A stretch of 64,000 nt of DNA. Source: a virus. Shown one piece after another: positions 1 through 10,300 of this stretch (positions within the stretch are counted from its first letter, which is position 1; each line of letters starts with the position of its first letter). Position numbers and translations under genes: made by a program. The stretch covers positions 1 through 64,000 of the IMG/VR virus record IMGVR_UViG_3300012003_000002; one strand, 5' to 3'. The notes below the pieces were generated by a model. It was not told where the DNA came from, searched no databases, and saw only the letters and a list, made by a program, of their open reading frames with translations.

Positions 1-783
1 GGATATATAGGAAGAACTAAAAATTTTTTAAATAAACGATTAAATGGTCATCTATCTAAAGCTAAAACAAATAAAATAAAAACACATAAAGATAATTGGT
101 TATTATCTTTATCTTCAAAACCTGCAATAGAACAACTTACAACAGTAATGGGTTGGAAAGAAAGTCATATTTACGAACAAAATCTGATTAAAGAATATCT
201 TGAAAAAGGATATAATTTAACAAATTTAGATGATCGTGGTGAAGGAGAAGTTAATAAAATTATAAGTAAGGAACAAAAAATTAAAATTTCTAAAAAAGTT
301 AAAGAAATGCACGACAATAATCAACTTTCGTGCAATAGAAAAGCTGTAGATATTTATGATTTAAAAGGTAATTTTATAATTTCAAAAAGAAGTTATAAAG
401 AAGCATCTGAATTTATTGGAATTAGTCAAAAACAATTTCAATCTTCTATGCGAAGAAATGCTAAAAGAATTAAAAATTATCAGGTAGTTTTGAAAGATTC
501 ATTAAAACCTAATGAATGGAAACAACGAACAGGAGAATTAACTAAAAATTTTAAAAAGATTTATTTATATAATATTGAAACTAGTGAAATTATTGAATTT
601 GAAGCAATAAAAAGATTTAAAGAGTTTTTTAATACTGGGGCAAGTACGGTTAATTATTATTTAAATAGTAATAAATTGTATAAAAATACATTTTTAATTA
701 CCGATGCCCGTTTAAAATTGGATGAATTCAGGGAAACTCCAGAAGTGGACAATCCTGAGCTAAGTACTAATCTAAATGATTAG
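1..783 (+). CDS. Intron-encoded GIY-YIG homing endonuclease (5' end outside window)
   Basis: Frame 1 is open from base 1 (GYIGRTKNFLNKRLNGH...), giving YIG, catalytic Arg, Glu (IYEQ) and GYNLTN. C-terminal NUMOD1-like segments (KAVDIYDLKGNFI..SYKEASEFIGI). The ATG at 148 is internal. Confidence 0.88.
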   Translation, partial: GYIGRTKNFLNKRLNGHLSKAKTNKIKTHKDNWLLSLSSKPAIEQLTTVMGWKESHIYEQNLIKEYLEKGYNLTNLDDRGEGEVNKIISKEQKIKISKKVKEMHDNNQLSCNRKAVDIYDLKGNFIISKRSYKEASEFIGISQKQFQSSMRRNAKRIKNYQVVLKDSLKPNEWKQRTGELTKNFKKIYLYNIETSEIIEFEAIKRFKEFFNTGASTVNYYLNSNKLYKNTFLITDARLKLDEFRETPEVDNPELSTNLND

Positions 784-824
784 TAAAAGTGCAACGACTA
801 GATATTGAAACTAAAAACATTAAA

Positions 825-1052
825 ATGAAAAATATAATATTATATAAACATTCAAGATTTATTCAATTAGGAACTAAAAATAAATTAAAAAATTATTTTT
901 ATAAAAATAAAAACATAACTTCTTATGAGTCTGACTTTATTCAACCAAAAGGTATTTATTGGAAAAGACAATCTAATAAAAAAGTTAGAAAAACTAATTG
1001 TTATAATGGAATGTATTATAAAAAATTATATGGATGGTTTGAATGGAGTTAG
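825..1052 (+). CDS. Small basic protein (75 aa) looped out of the intron P7.1/P7.2 region
   Basis: ATG at 825 with A-rich leader. Lies between the P7 5' strand and the P3 3' strand. Contains WKRQSNKKVRK...YKKLYGWFEW and no nuclease motif. Confidence 0.6.
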   Translation: MKNIILYKHSRFIQLGTKNKLKNYFYKNKNITSYESDFIQPKGIYWKRQSNKKVRKTNCYNGMYYKKLYGWFEWS

Positions 1053-1171
1053 AATATAATATATCCAAGAGCGTCCAACATCTCTGCGAGAGATGATGAT
1101 ATAGTCTGAACTATATATAACAAAATAAAATATAGAAGTAGTAATTAAAAAAGCTACGATAACAAGCTGTG

Positions 1172-2695
1172 GTCGGTTACAGCGTACAAAATCATCATAT
1201 TGATAAACTACCTGAGATAATTAAACCTAAATATACTCGTAAAAAACGATATGTTGTACAAGATAGCATTATAGGTTGGGCAGATGCTATTAAAGTATTA
1301 TTTAAATCATATACAAGTGGTATTACATCACATATTGAATTTGATTTAAGTGATATTAGACCTAAAGGTGCATTATTAGTTACTGCTGGAGGAAAAGCTC
1401 CTGGACCCGAACCTCTTAGAATAACATTAGTTAAAATTGAAGCTATTTTACGTGAAAAAAAAGATGGTTCTAAATTAACAGATATTGAGTGTCACGATAT
1501 TCAATGTCATATTGCAGATGCTGTATTAGCTGGTGGAATTCGCCGTGCTGCAATGATTAGTTTATTTGATTTAGATAGTGATGCTATGTTAAATTGTAAA
1601 GCTGGTAATTGGTGGGAAAATAATCCACAAAGAGGTAGAGCTAATAACTCTGTAACATTATTACGTCATAAAATTGATAAAAAAACTTTTGATAAAGTTT
1701 GGGAAAGAATTGAAGCATCTGGATCAGGTGAACCAGGTATTTATCTTACAAATGATAAAGATTGGGGAACAAATCCCTGCTGTGAGATCGCACTGAGACC
1801 TTATCAATTCTGTAATCTTGTTGAAATTGGAATGGGTGATATTGAATCTCAAGGAGATTTAAACAGACGTGCAGAAGCCGCATCTTTTATAGCAACATTA
1901 CAAGCATCTTATACTGATTTTCATTATCTTAGAGATATATGGACTAAAAATACAGAAAAAGATGCTTTATTAGGTGTTTCTATGACAGGTATTGCTTCAG
2001 AATCTAATTTAGAATTAGATTTTATTCAAGCTTCTGAAATTGTAAAAGAAGTTAATAAAAGTTTAGCTTTAGAAATAGGTATCAATCCTTCTGCTAGAAG
2101 CACTGCTGTGAAACCAGCAGGAACAACTAGTTTAGTATTAGGTTCATCATCAGGCATTCACGCTTGGCACGCACCATTTTATTTAAGAAGAATGCGTATT
2201 AATAAAAATGAATCTTTATATCAATATTTAGCTATTTATCATCCTGAATTAGTTGAAGATGAATATTTTAGTCCTAAAACTACAGCTGTTATTACAGTAC
2301 CACAGAAAGCTCCAATAGGAGCAATTACTAGAACAGAATCTACAATTGATTTACTTGAAAGAGTTAAATTAATTTCTAGAGATTGGGTTAAAAATGGACA
2401 CGTAAAAGGAGAAAATACACATAATGTATCCTGTACAGTTTCTGTTAGACCTAATGAATGGAAAATTGTAGGTGAATGGATGTGGGTTAATAAAGATTAT
2501 TATAATGGTTTATCTGTACTTCCTTTCGACGGAGGAACTTATAAACAAACTCCATTTGAAGATTGTACTGAAGAAGTATATAATAAAATGATGGAAACAT
2601 TAAAAGATGTTGATTTAACTAAAGTTATAGAAATTCAAGATAATACTGCATTTGGGGATAATATAGCTTGTGGAGGAGCTGGATGTGAAATATAA
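1172..2695 (+). CDS. nrdJ: Class II (B12-dependent, RTPR-like) ribonucleotide reductase, 3' exon
   Basis: VGYSVQ, GGKAPGPEPL, AGGIRRAAMI, TNPCCEI (thiyl Cys), QFCNL, VKPAGTTS, C-terminal ACGGAGCEI. Confidence 0.95.
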   Translation, partial: VGYSVQNHHIDKLPEIIKPKYTRKKRYVVQDSIIGWADAIKVLFKSYTSGITSHIEFDLSDIRPKGALLVTAGGKAPGPEPLRITLVKIEAILREKKDGSKLTDIECHDIQCHIADAVLAGGIRRAAMISLFDLDSDAMLNCKAGNWWENNPQRGRANNSVTLLRHKIDKKTFDKVWERIEASGSGEPGIYLTNDKDWGTNPCCEIALRPYQFCNLVEIGMGDIESQGDLNRRAEAASFIATLQASYTDFHYLRDIWTKNTEKDALLGVSMTGIASESNLELDFIQASEIVKEVNKSLALEIGINPSARSTAVKPAGTTSLVLGSSSGIHAWHAPFYLRRMRINKNESLYQYLAIYHPELVEDEYFSPKTTAVITVPQKAPIGAITRTESTIDLLERVKLISRDWVKNGHVKGENTHNVSCTVSVRPNEWKIVGEWMWVNKDYYNGLSVLPFDGGTYKQTPFEDCTEEVYNKMMETLKDVDLTKVIEIQDNTAFGDNIACGGAGCEI

Positions 2696-2735
2696 TTAAC
2701 AAAGTGTGAAAAAAGGTTTATATTAGCACTAATTT

Positions 2736-2906
2736 AAGATACCTCAGAAACCTTGAATCTATATAAGCCCCGTAACTGATAACTCGGTAGGCTATAGAGT
2801 AGACCCAAAATACACAATTAATAGCGAAGTTAGAGGCTTCGAGGTGTTTTTGAAAAAGGCTCCCACGTTTTGATAGTGAGTGTATAGTGAAACTGTAAGG
2901 TATCTT
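2736..2906 (+). ncRNA. Candidate multibranch structured RNA (about 170 nt)
   Basis: Closing stem AAGATACCT-CAG/CTG-AGGTATCTT. Inner stems TCTATA-AGCC-CCG/CGG-GGCT-ATAGA, ATACAC/GTGTAT, CGAAGT/GCTTCG. GC-richer than flanks, no ORF. Confidence 0.55.
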
Positions 2907-2911
2907 TTAAT

Positions 2912-3006
2912 AATAGAGAGAAGTTCTAATTTATTAGAATCGTCATCCATGAAGTTCGTATAGACGTATACCTACGATGTCACAATGAGGCACTTCTCTC
3001 TTTATT
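2912..3006 (+). ncRNA. Candidate three-way-junction RNA or elaborated terminator (about 95 nt)
   Basis: Closing stem AGAGAGAAGT/ACTTCTCTCT, hairpin TTCTAAT/ATTAGAA, stem TCGTA/TACGA, then a T-rich run. Confidence 0.5.
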
Positions 3007-3026
3007 TTAATAAATAAAAATATTGA

Positions 3027-4112
3027 ATGATTAGAAATGAAATTCAAAGAATAATAATTGATAAAATTAAAAAAGCTTATTTTAGAGGAATTATATTAGC
3101 TTCTGTTCGTAGTGGTAAAACAAGAATTCTACTTACGGCAATTAAAGAATTATCAGATAATGACTTAAATATCAATATATTAGTAAGTACACCTCAAGTT
3201 GATATAATGCATAGTTGGATTTCAGAATGTGAAAAATTAGAATATTATCCTAAAATTGAATATTGTAATTTTAAATCTTTACATAAAATTCAAGATAATA
3301 AATATGATTATATAGTATTTGATGAAAGTCATGCTATACCGTTAGTTAATGTATTACCAATTGTAGCTAAAATTACTAAAAATAACAATAAAGTTATATT
3401 AGCATCGGGTACATATAGCGAAGAAACTCTTTTAAATTTAAAGTTTTCAACAGGTTTACAACAAATTGTAGATTATAGTACGGATGATGCAATTAACGAT
3501 GGAATAGTTAACAATTTTAAAGTTGAAATACATTTATTTAAATTAGATAATACTAAATCTGTACAATTTGGAGGATTAAAGAAATGGTATTCAACAGATT
3601 ATAAAGAATGTTTAAGAATGTCTAAAAAAGTAGAAGAATCTTTTGGGCAAGATAAAATGTTTGCAGCTTTATTTAGAATGAAAATGATAAATAGTTGTCA
3701 ATCATTAATTAGAAATGTGCAAAAATGGATTAAAGATAATCCTGATAAACGATTTATATTATTTACAGGAGATGAAAAAGTTGGTATTAATTATAATATA
3801 CCAATGTTTAATTCAAAGAGTAAGAATAACGACGTTTTAAAGGACTTTCAAGAATATCGTAGTAATAAGTTATGTCTTATCAAAAAAGGTGGCACAGGAG
3901 TGACATATGAAGGTCTAGATACTATATTGATTACAGATATTAACTCTAATTCTGAAACATTAGAACAAAGATGTGGTAGAAGTTTATTATTTGAAGAAGA
4001 TAAGGAATCTATAATTCATATATTCTGTAGTACAGAATTGTTCCAGATGAACTGGTTGGAGAAATCTCTAAAATCTATAAATCCTGAAAGAATAAGTTAT
4101 AAATATATATAA
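3027..4112 (+). CDS. Superfamily 2 DExH helicase
   Basis: Walker A ASVRSGKT, motif II FDESH, motif III ASGT, motif V TGVTYEGLD, motif VI QRCGR. Confidence 0.85.
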   Translation: MIRNEIQRIIIDKIKKAYFRGIILASVRSGKTRILLTAIKELSDNDLNINILVSTPQVDIMHSWISECEKLEYYPKIEYCNFKSLHKIQDNKYDYIVFDESHAIPLVNVLPIVAKITKNNNKVILASGTYSEETLLNLKFSTGLQQIVDYSTDDAINDGIVNNFKVEIHLFKLDNTKSVQFGGLKKWYSTDYKECLRMSKKVEESFGQDKMFAALFRMKMINSCQSLIRNVQKWIKDNPDKRFILFTGDEKVGINYNIPMFNSKSKNNDVLKDFQEYRSNKLCLIKKGGTGVTYEGLDTILITDINSNSETLEQRCGRSLLFEEDKESIIHIFCSTELFQMNWLEKSLKSINPERISYKYI

Positions 4113-4117
4113 AAAAT

Positions 4118-4327
4118 ATGATAAAAGAAGAAATTAAAAATGATATTTCCGTAAGTAGTAGAATAAAACATATTACAACAGAACAAGATAATAAAATTAT
4201 TGATTTTATTATAGACTATAGCTTCAAAGATGAAAAAGAATTTTATACAAATGGTACAATATTAGTTCCGTTATTTAGAGTATTAGATGCTATAAGTCAA
4301 AAAGGACAAAGTTACTGTGAAGGATAA
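4118..4327 (+). CDS. Hypothetical protein
   Basis: Tightly packed ORF; YTNGTILVPLFRVLDA segment. Confidence 0.65.
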   Translation: MIKEEIKNDISVSSRIKHITTEQDNKIIDFIIDYSFKDEKEFYTNGTILVPLFRVLDAISQKGQSYCEG

Positions 4328-4338
4328 ATATTAAGTAA

Positions 4339-5064
4339 ATGAAAAAAATTAAAGAATTACAAAAAAGATCTAAGCTTAGTGAAGGTAGAAATTATGGTGT
4401 AGGATTTACTATCTTAAATAAAAAAGGTAGTAAATTTGAAACTTATTTATCATTTACAGCTTGTCGAGATTATTTAAATGATTTTGCTTATGTGGAATCT
4501 ACTAAAAAAGAAATTGGTAAAATTTATGGATATGATCACAAATTATTAAACTGTTTTGATAATAAAAATGTTGTATACTTTGGTGTAAAAACTTTACATT
4601 ACAATAATAATAATGGTAACTATGATAAATTTGATGAACTTCAAAATATTTTAATTAATAAATATGAAAATCTTCAAATATTTTTAAATAAAATTGAAGA
4701 TGATTTGAATATTAATGTTAAATCATCTATAGAATTAGACGAAGATACTTTAATTATAAGATGTTCTAAATTTTGGGTTAAATCGATACCATTAATTAGT
4801 GTTTATACATTATTAATTAGATGTTATTTTAATATTGATTTGATAGATGACAAACCTACTATAGATATTCTTAAAAATAATATACCATTTATCAATGATG
4901 ACTCTATGATGAAAAAACCTTGTATTGATTTTTATGAAATGTATTTGAATAATAAAGATAAATTTATCAATCCTGATTATAAAGGTTATAATTTAGTACA
5001 ACAAGGTAACCCTAGTTTAATTCATAATTTTGGAATAGATGGATTTATTAAAAAAATTAGATAA
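4339..5064 (+). CDS. Hypothetical protein (241 aa)
   Basis: Long ORF in operon; no recognisable catalytic motif. Confidence 0.75.
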   Translation: MKKIKELQKRSKLSEGRNYGVGFTILNKKGSKFETYLSFTACRDYLNDFAYVESTKKEIGKIYGYDHKLLNCFDNKNVVYFGVKTLHYNNNNGNYDKFDELQNILINKYENLQIFLNKIEDDLNINVKSSIELDEDTLIIRCSKFWVKSIPLISVYTLLIRCYFNIDLIDDKPTIDILKNNIPFINDDSMMKKPCIDFYEMYLNNKDKFINPDYKGYNLVQQGNPSLIHNFGIDGFIKKIR

Positions 5065-5371
5065 TATGATAACAGCAGAAGAATTTTTAATAGAAAATAA
5101 AGTAGTTGGGATGACACATTTATTAAGTTCTATTATGATAGAATTTGCAAAATTACACGTAGAAGCAGCTTTAAAAGAAGCTAGTGAAAAAGCTAAATTA
5201 TCAAAAGCTTATAATTATGGAAATTATAATGAATCAACCGCAATTTTTAAACTAATAGAAACAAAATGTTTTGTAAAAACAGAACATGGTCATGGTGATT
5301 GTGGTTATGAAGCAGTTAAAATAAATGAAGATTCCATATTAAAAGCATATCCACTAGAAAATATTAAATAA
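5039..5371 (+). CDS. Hypothetical protein (probable start ATG 5066)
   Basis: MITAEEFL...MIEFAKLHVEAALKEASEKA...SILKAYPLENIK; stop overlaps next start. Confidence 0.7.
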   Translation: MDLLKKLDNMITAEEFLIENKVVGMTHLLSSIMIEFAKLHVEAALKEASEKAKLSKAYNYGNYNESTAIFKLIETKCFVKTEHGHGDCGYEAVKINEDSILKAYPLENIK

Positions 5372-5568
5372 TGAATGTAATTTATAAATTTAATAATGGT
5401 ACAGGAGGAACTATCTGCAATAAATGTAGAACAATAATAGCTACTGGTAAAAGAGTAGAAAGATTTTATTGTGATAAATGTCAAAGTAAATTAAATGAAG
5501 CTTTAACTAAACATTATGAAATAATGGATAAAGAAGTTCATAATAATAGAAACAATTTAAATAAATGA
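5371..5568 (+). CDS. Small Zn-finger protein
   Basis: CNKC...YCDKC; TAATG coupling. Confidence 0.65.
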   Translation: MNVIYKFNNGTGGTICNKCRTIIATGKRVERFYCDKCQSKLNEALTKHYEIMDKEVHNNRNNLNK

Positions 5569-5828
5569 ATTTAGAAGATAAAATAGAATTAGTAGCTTCT
5601 GAAAGAGATTTAACATTTTGTTATCAAAAAGTAGCAGAAGAGATGTTTGAATTAGGTGAAATAATTATGAAACAAATTACTAAACCTAATGGTAGTGATG
5701 AAAGAATTCCACATTTAATTGAAGAATGTGGAGATGTTATATTAAATGTTAAAATTTTAACTTCTAAATTATATATTGAAGATGAAGTTAAAAAAAGAAT
5801 TAGTGATAAATTAGAAACATTACTATGA
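5565..5828 (+). CDS. MazG-like nucleotide pyrophosphohydrolase
   Basis: EExxEL ... EECGDV acidic motifs in a small helical protein. Confidence 0.75.
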   Translation: MNLEDKIELVASERDLTFCYQKVAEEMFELGEIIMKQITKPNGSDERIPHLIEECGDVILNVKILTSKLYIEDEVKKRISDKLETLL

Positions 5829-5953
5829 AAGAAGTTTTAGATAGATTAAAATTAATGTTAAAATGGTCTGATAGAATTGGTTCAGATGAAATAAATGAAA
5901 TTGAAGAACTTATTGAAATTCTTGAAAATCAAATAAAATATGACAGAAAATAG
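5825..5953 (+). CDS. Small hypothetical protein (42 aa; not in ORF track)
   Basis: ATGA overlap with the previous stop; fills the gap (MKEVLDRLKLMLKW...). Confidence 0.5.
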   Translation: MKEVLDRLKLMLKWSDRIGSDEINEIEELIEILENQIKYDRK

Positions 5954-6281
5954 ATTTGAACAAATTGTTGATGAAACTTTAAATCAAATTAGAGAAACTC
6001 TTATCGTAAAAGGTAAAGAATATCGTAGGAATCAAGATCCGTTTCATAATTTTAATCAAGGTGGTATTAGGTCACAACAACATCCATTAAAAGTTTTAGA
6101 TGGATTTTTATTAAAACACGAAGTTTCAATTTCAGATATTTGTGATGATATTATATATTATGATAAAAAACCTAAAATTGAAACAGTTGATGAAAAATTA
6201 GGAGATAATTTAATATATTTAATATTAAAGAAAGCAATGTTAATTGATATAATTGAAAATGAAAAATTGGAAAATAATTAA
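5940..6281 (+). CDS. DUF1599/MazG-superfamily nucleotide-modification-associated protein
   Basis: KGKEYR..DPFHNF ... EKLGDNLIYLIL pattern. Confidence 0.65.
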   Translation: MTENRFEQIVDETLNQIRETLIVKGKEYRRNQDPFHNFNQGGIRSQQHPLKVLDGFLLKHEVSISDICDDIIYYDKKPKIETVDEKLGDNLIYLILKKAMLIDIIENEKLENN

Positions 6282-7002
6282 ATTTTTTAAAAGTTTATTT
6301 TATAAAAAAGTAGTTAAACTTAAAAGAATTTGGCACATTTCGGACACTCATAGCTATCATAGATTATTAACTATTCCTGAAAATATAGATATTGTAATCC
6401 ATAGTGGCGATGAATCTAATTCTAAAGACCAATATACTAATGAACCTGAATTTAGAGATTTTATACTATGGTTTGCTAATTTAAAGATTAAACATAAAGT
6501 TTTTGTAGCTGGAAATCATAGTTCTTTTATATTTCACAATAAAAAAGAAGTTAATAAAATTTGTAAAGATTTAAATATTATATATTTAGAAGATGATTGG
6601 ACACTTGTTGATGGAATATCAATATGGGGAAGTCCAATCACTCCAAACTTTGGAAATTGGTGGTTTATGAAAGATAGAAGTAAAATGGATAAATTATATT
6701 CATCTATTCCTGATTGGATAGATGTGGTAGTGTCTCACGGACCTCCTAAAGGAATATTAGATCTTTCTTATGATAAGGATGGTAAATTAGAATTTTGTGG
6801 CTGTAAAAGCCTTAGGAATCATATGTTAAATAGAGTGCAACCACAGTTATGTCTTTTTGGACACATTCACTCTACTGAAGATATTATAAATGCGGGAACA
6901 GTTAAATTATCTGGTTATGAAACTATTTTTAGTAACGGTTCAGTTGTTACAGATAGAAAATTTGGAAAATTAAGTAGTAATGGTAATATATTTGAAATAT
7001 AA
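6253..7002 (+). CDS. Calcineurin-like metallophosphoesterase (MPPED-type)
   Basis: SDTH, HSGD, AGNH, SHGPP, FGHIH. Confidence 0.9.
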   Translation: MKMKNWKIIKFFKSLFYKKVVKLKRIWHISDTHSYHRLLTIPENIDIVIHSGDESNSKDQYTNEPEFRDFILWFANLKIKHKVFVAGNHSSFIFHNKKEVNKICKDLNIIYLEDDWTLVDGISIWGSPITPNFGNWWFMKDRSKMDKLYSSIPDWIDVVVSHGPPKGILDLSYDKDGKLEFCGCKSLRNHMLNRVQPQLCLFGHIHSTEDIINAGTVKLSGYETIFSNGSVVTDRKFGKLSSNGNIFEI

Positions 7003-7011
7003 AATTAAATT

Positions 7012-7191
7012 ATGGAAGAAATATATAAATTAAAATTTGGAGAATATTTTACAGTTGATGAATTTTTAGATGTTTTAAGAGTTCCAGGTGGATGGATTTA
7101 CGCATTTAGAGAAATGGTTGATGGTAAAGAAACTGAATATTTTTATCAAAAAGTATTTGTACCATTTAATGCTGAATTTATGACTTTTTAA
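7012..7191 (+). CDS. Small hypothetical protein (59 aa; not in ORF track)
   Basis: MEEIYKLKFGE...RVPGGWIY...VFVPF. Confidence 0.65.
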   Translation: MEEIYKLKFGEYFTVDEFLDVLRVPGGWIYAFREMVDGKETEYFYQKVFVPFNAEFMTF

Positions 7192-7193
7192 TT

Positions 7194-7337
7194 ATGATAA
7201 TAGAAAGTTTAGATTTAGAGGAAGGTACAATTGCAATAGAATGTGAAAATTGTAATAAAATAGTAAAAGTTGAAATTCATACTGGAGATAGTTGTCCCAA
7301 TTGTAATGAATGGGTAGATACTCCGTTTGGAGATTAA
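7194..7337 (+). CDS. Small Zn-ribbon protein (47 aa; not in ORF track)
   Basis: CENC...CPNC; ends just before the terminator. Confidence 0.6.
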   Translation: MIIESLDLEEGTIAIECENCNKIVKVEIHTGDSCPNCNEWVDTPFGD

Positions 7338-7341
7338 ACAC

Positions 7342-7389
7342 AAAAAAGCCACAGTGACCTTAATTGGTTACTGTGGCTTTATTTTTTTT
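7342..7389. terminator. Bidirectional intrinsic terminator between convergent modules
   Basis: AAAAAAGCCACAGTGACC-TTAATT-GGTTACTGTGGCTTTATTTTTTT, with T-runs on both strands. Confidence 0.9.
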
Positions 7390-7396
7390 AGACCCT

Positions 7397-10300
7397 TTAA
7401 TTTTGTTTTCCAAATTCTAAACCATATCTTTGTTTATAATTAATACCTACTTGTGGTATAATTGGAATAAGTTTAGATAAATGTTTAGACATTTTATTTT
7501 GACCTTTAGAATTTTCATCTAAATATCCAAATACAGATTCACCTTTACCTGGAACTAAATTAATTGGTGTTGCAACATCATATATAAAATTAAGTCCATT
7601 TTGAATAAATCTAATACCTGCAACTGGATTTTGAATCATTCTAGTTGCTTCTATTGGATTTCTAAATTGAGCTAACTCTTGAGTTAATCTCCTATTGGTG
7701 TACATAGCAAACCATAATAATTTATTATCTTTATCATCTCCACCAGCAGCACCTAATAATAATCCAATAGAAGGTAATATTACCATTGTAAACATTATTT
7801 CTAAGGTAGCTTTTTTTAAATTAGCTTTTTCATATTCAGTAAGATTATCATAATTCATATACATTGTTTGTAACATCTGTAAATTAGGAACCCCTGTTTC
7901 TCTTAAAAATCTTATTAATGTTGTATATGTACCTTCAATATATTCTTTTTCAGCAGAATTATAAAATCTATCATCATCTGTTAAATCTGATTTCTTTTTG
8001 TAAGAAGTTGTAAATCCAGTATATCTATAAGCAGCTGCTACTAAAAAGAAATTCTTAAACATCATTACAGATTTACCCCACCAAGCCTTAGATATTTCAT
8101 TTTTATATTTAATATCATAAACTCCAAATAATTGAAATACTTTAGCTTTAATTAAAAGTTTAATTTGAGATTTACCACCTTCGTGATATTTAGTAGTTAA
8201 ATTAAATCCAGAATAAGCAACTTTAGAATTCATTTGCAATTGACCGTGTTCATCAAAATATAACATATCTGCTAATGAAGCACCTTTATCTTCTGTAGTA
8301 ATATTACCATCTTTATCTAAGTAATTATTATTTTCATCCATTGCTTTAATACCATCTAATATAGATTGTGTTAATATTGAATGCATCATATGTTCACCAG
8401 ATTCATTTATAAAATTACCTGTTTTTCTACTACCTAATTTTCTTATTATATTATTACGTAAAGCATCTTGTTCATTTTGACCAAGACCACCAAACACATC
8501 AAACATTTCAAGTAATTGATTAAAGTAAGAAGTTTTAACAGATCTACCCATATCTTTAAGTAAATTACCGTTCATCATTTCTTTATTGTATTTTAACTCT
8601 GCTTTAGCAAAAGTTTCAACATCAAATCTATGACCTCCTACAGCTTCAGTAAACACTTGAGTTAAACCATTTGCAATATTTACAGTACCAGATGCTAAAT
8701 TAAAAGTCATTGCTAAACCTGCAGCATATCCATTTAAAGCATTAGTTATTTTATTAATATCTGCAGAACCAAATGTTCCACCGTGAGTACTATAAATATC
8801 ATAAACATTACGTTCCATCATACCTACTAATTTCTTATAAGTATTACTTAACTCACCTTTAACTTCAATTTTACTTTTACCAGTATAATATGTATTACTT
8901 TTAGCAATATCTGTAACTAATAATAATTTAGGTTCAATTGCAGTTTTTTCTTTAAAATTTTGACCATTCCAATATTCATTTCTATACATTGTTTCTAAGT
9001 CTAAAGATTGTTCTTTAGGATCAATTTGACCTCTATAAGCTGTTTTAACACGTCTTATAATATCACCTTGACTATTTTTTTCTTCAGAACCAGAATCTAT
9101 ACCAATATCATCAGATTTAATTTTGGTTAAATCAGTCCATTTATCTTTAGTTAGACCTTTTACATCTGTTTCTAAAACTCTCTCTAAATCAGATTTACTT
9201 TTTGAAGGTAATTTGTGAAATTCAGCTCCCATTAAAGTAGTTACTAAAGAATCAAAACCTTCAATTTGATCGTTATCTTTATCTATTTTTTTATAACTAT
9301 CTAAAACTTCTTTTTCAATTCCAGTTAATTCTTTATTTAAAAATTTTGGATGAGGTATTGTTTTACCTTTTTCATTTTTAATAGTATTTTCTTTAAACCA
9401 AGCTTTATACATTTTATTCCTATTTTTAAATGTAGTAGATGTTTTAGAATCTTCTTCCACTTTAACATAAGATATAATATCCATTGAACCAGAATTATTT
9501 ATAAAATTATAAATTTCAGGATACATCTGAGATTTTTTAGAATCTTCTTTAGCATAATCATTTGAATTTTTAAAATCTTCAAAATCTTTATAATTACCTA
9601 CAGCTTTTGCAAAATCATTTTTACGTTCATCACTTAAACTATTAAAATTATTAAAAGTTTTGATTTGATCTATTTGAACTTTTATACCCGTATTAATACC
9701 ATTAACAGTAACTACAGCTATATCATTATCAATGAAATTATGTTCACCAGATTTACGTAAAGAGATAGTTTTCTTATCTTTTCTTAAAGAATCTAAATTA
9801 ATATCTTGAACTTGTAATTTTTTAAAACTATTTTCATAAGAATCTTCAATATCATTTAAAAGTTTAGTAAAAGATTCTTTAAATTTAATACTGTATTTAC
9901 CTTTTAAATATACTTGACCTTCAGAATCTTTTTCAATTAAATTTTTATTTAGTTCAGATAATTTTTTATTACCTTTTTCAGCAACAAATTTATCAAAAGT
10001 TTTACCCATTTGATGAATTTTACTAATAACTAAAGTTTTAACTTTATCAAAAGATTCGGCATAAATTTGATTTACAATTTGAATAGTTTTACTTTTAATA
10101 TTAAGAGGGTCTTCAAGTTTTTGAGACATCATTGTAATATCTTTAGATGGATCATTTAAAATCTTTTCAGCAGATGCTTTTAAATCAGCTTTATAATCAG
10201 CTAAATCTCTTGTTGCTAACATTTTAGATATATATTGATCTGCTGATAAACCTTGTTTATCTGATAATTGATTATATTCTTTAAGTAATTCATCACGTTG

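Larger units (their letters stand above)
1..1171 (+). mobile_element. Group I self-splicing intron in nrdJ (5' splice site outside window)
   Basis: P3 TTGGATG(718-724)/CGTCCAA(1072-1078); P4 TCAGGG/TCCTGA; P5 TCCA-GAAG-TGGA; P6 TACTAATC/GATTAGTA; P7 GACTA(796-800)/TAGTC(1102-1106); P8 CATCTC/GAGATG; J8/7 ATGATA. Likely terminal G1171, then exon GTC GGT TAC AGC GTA CAA (VGYSVQ). Confidence 0.88.

Noticed and set aside
2759-2769. CTATATAAGCC shared with the 63.25-kb candidate RNA
   Set aside because: A single AT-rich 11-mer in different structural contexts; plausibly chance.
2736-2906. Cobalamin riboswitch or hammerhead ribozyme
   Set aside because: Only ACTGTAA and CTGATAA fragments match. 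There is no B12 box or CUGAUGA/GAAA stem layout, and the element lies downstream of nrdJ.
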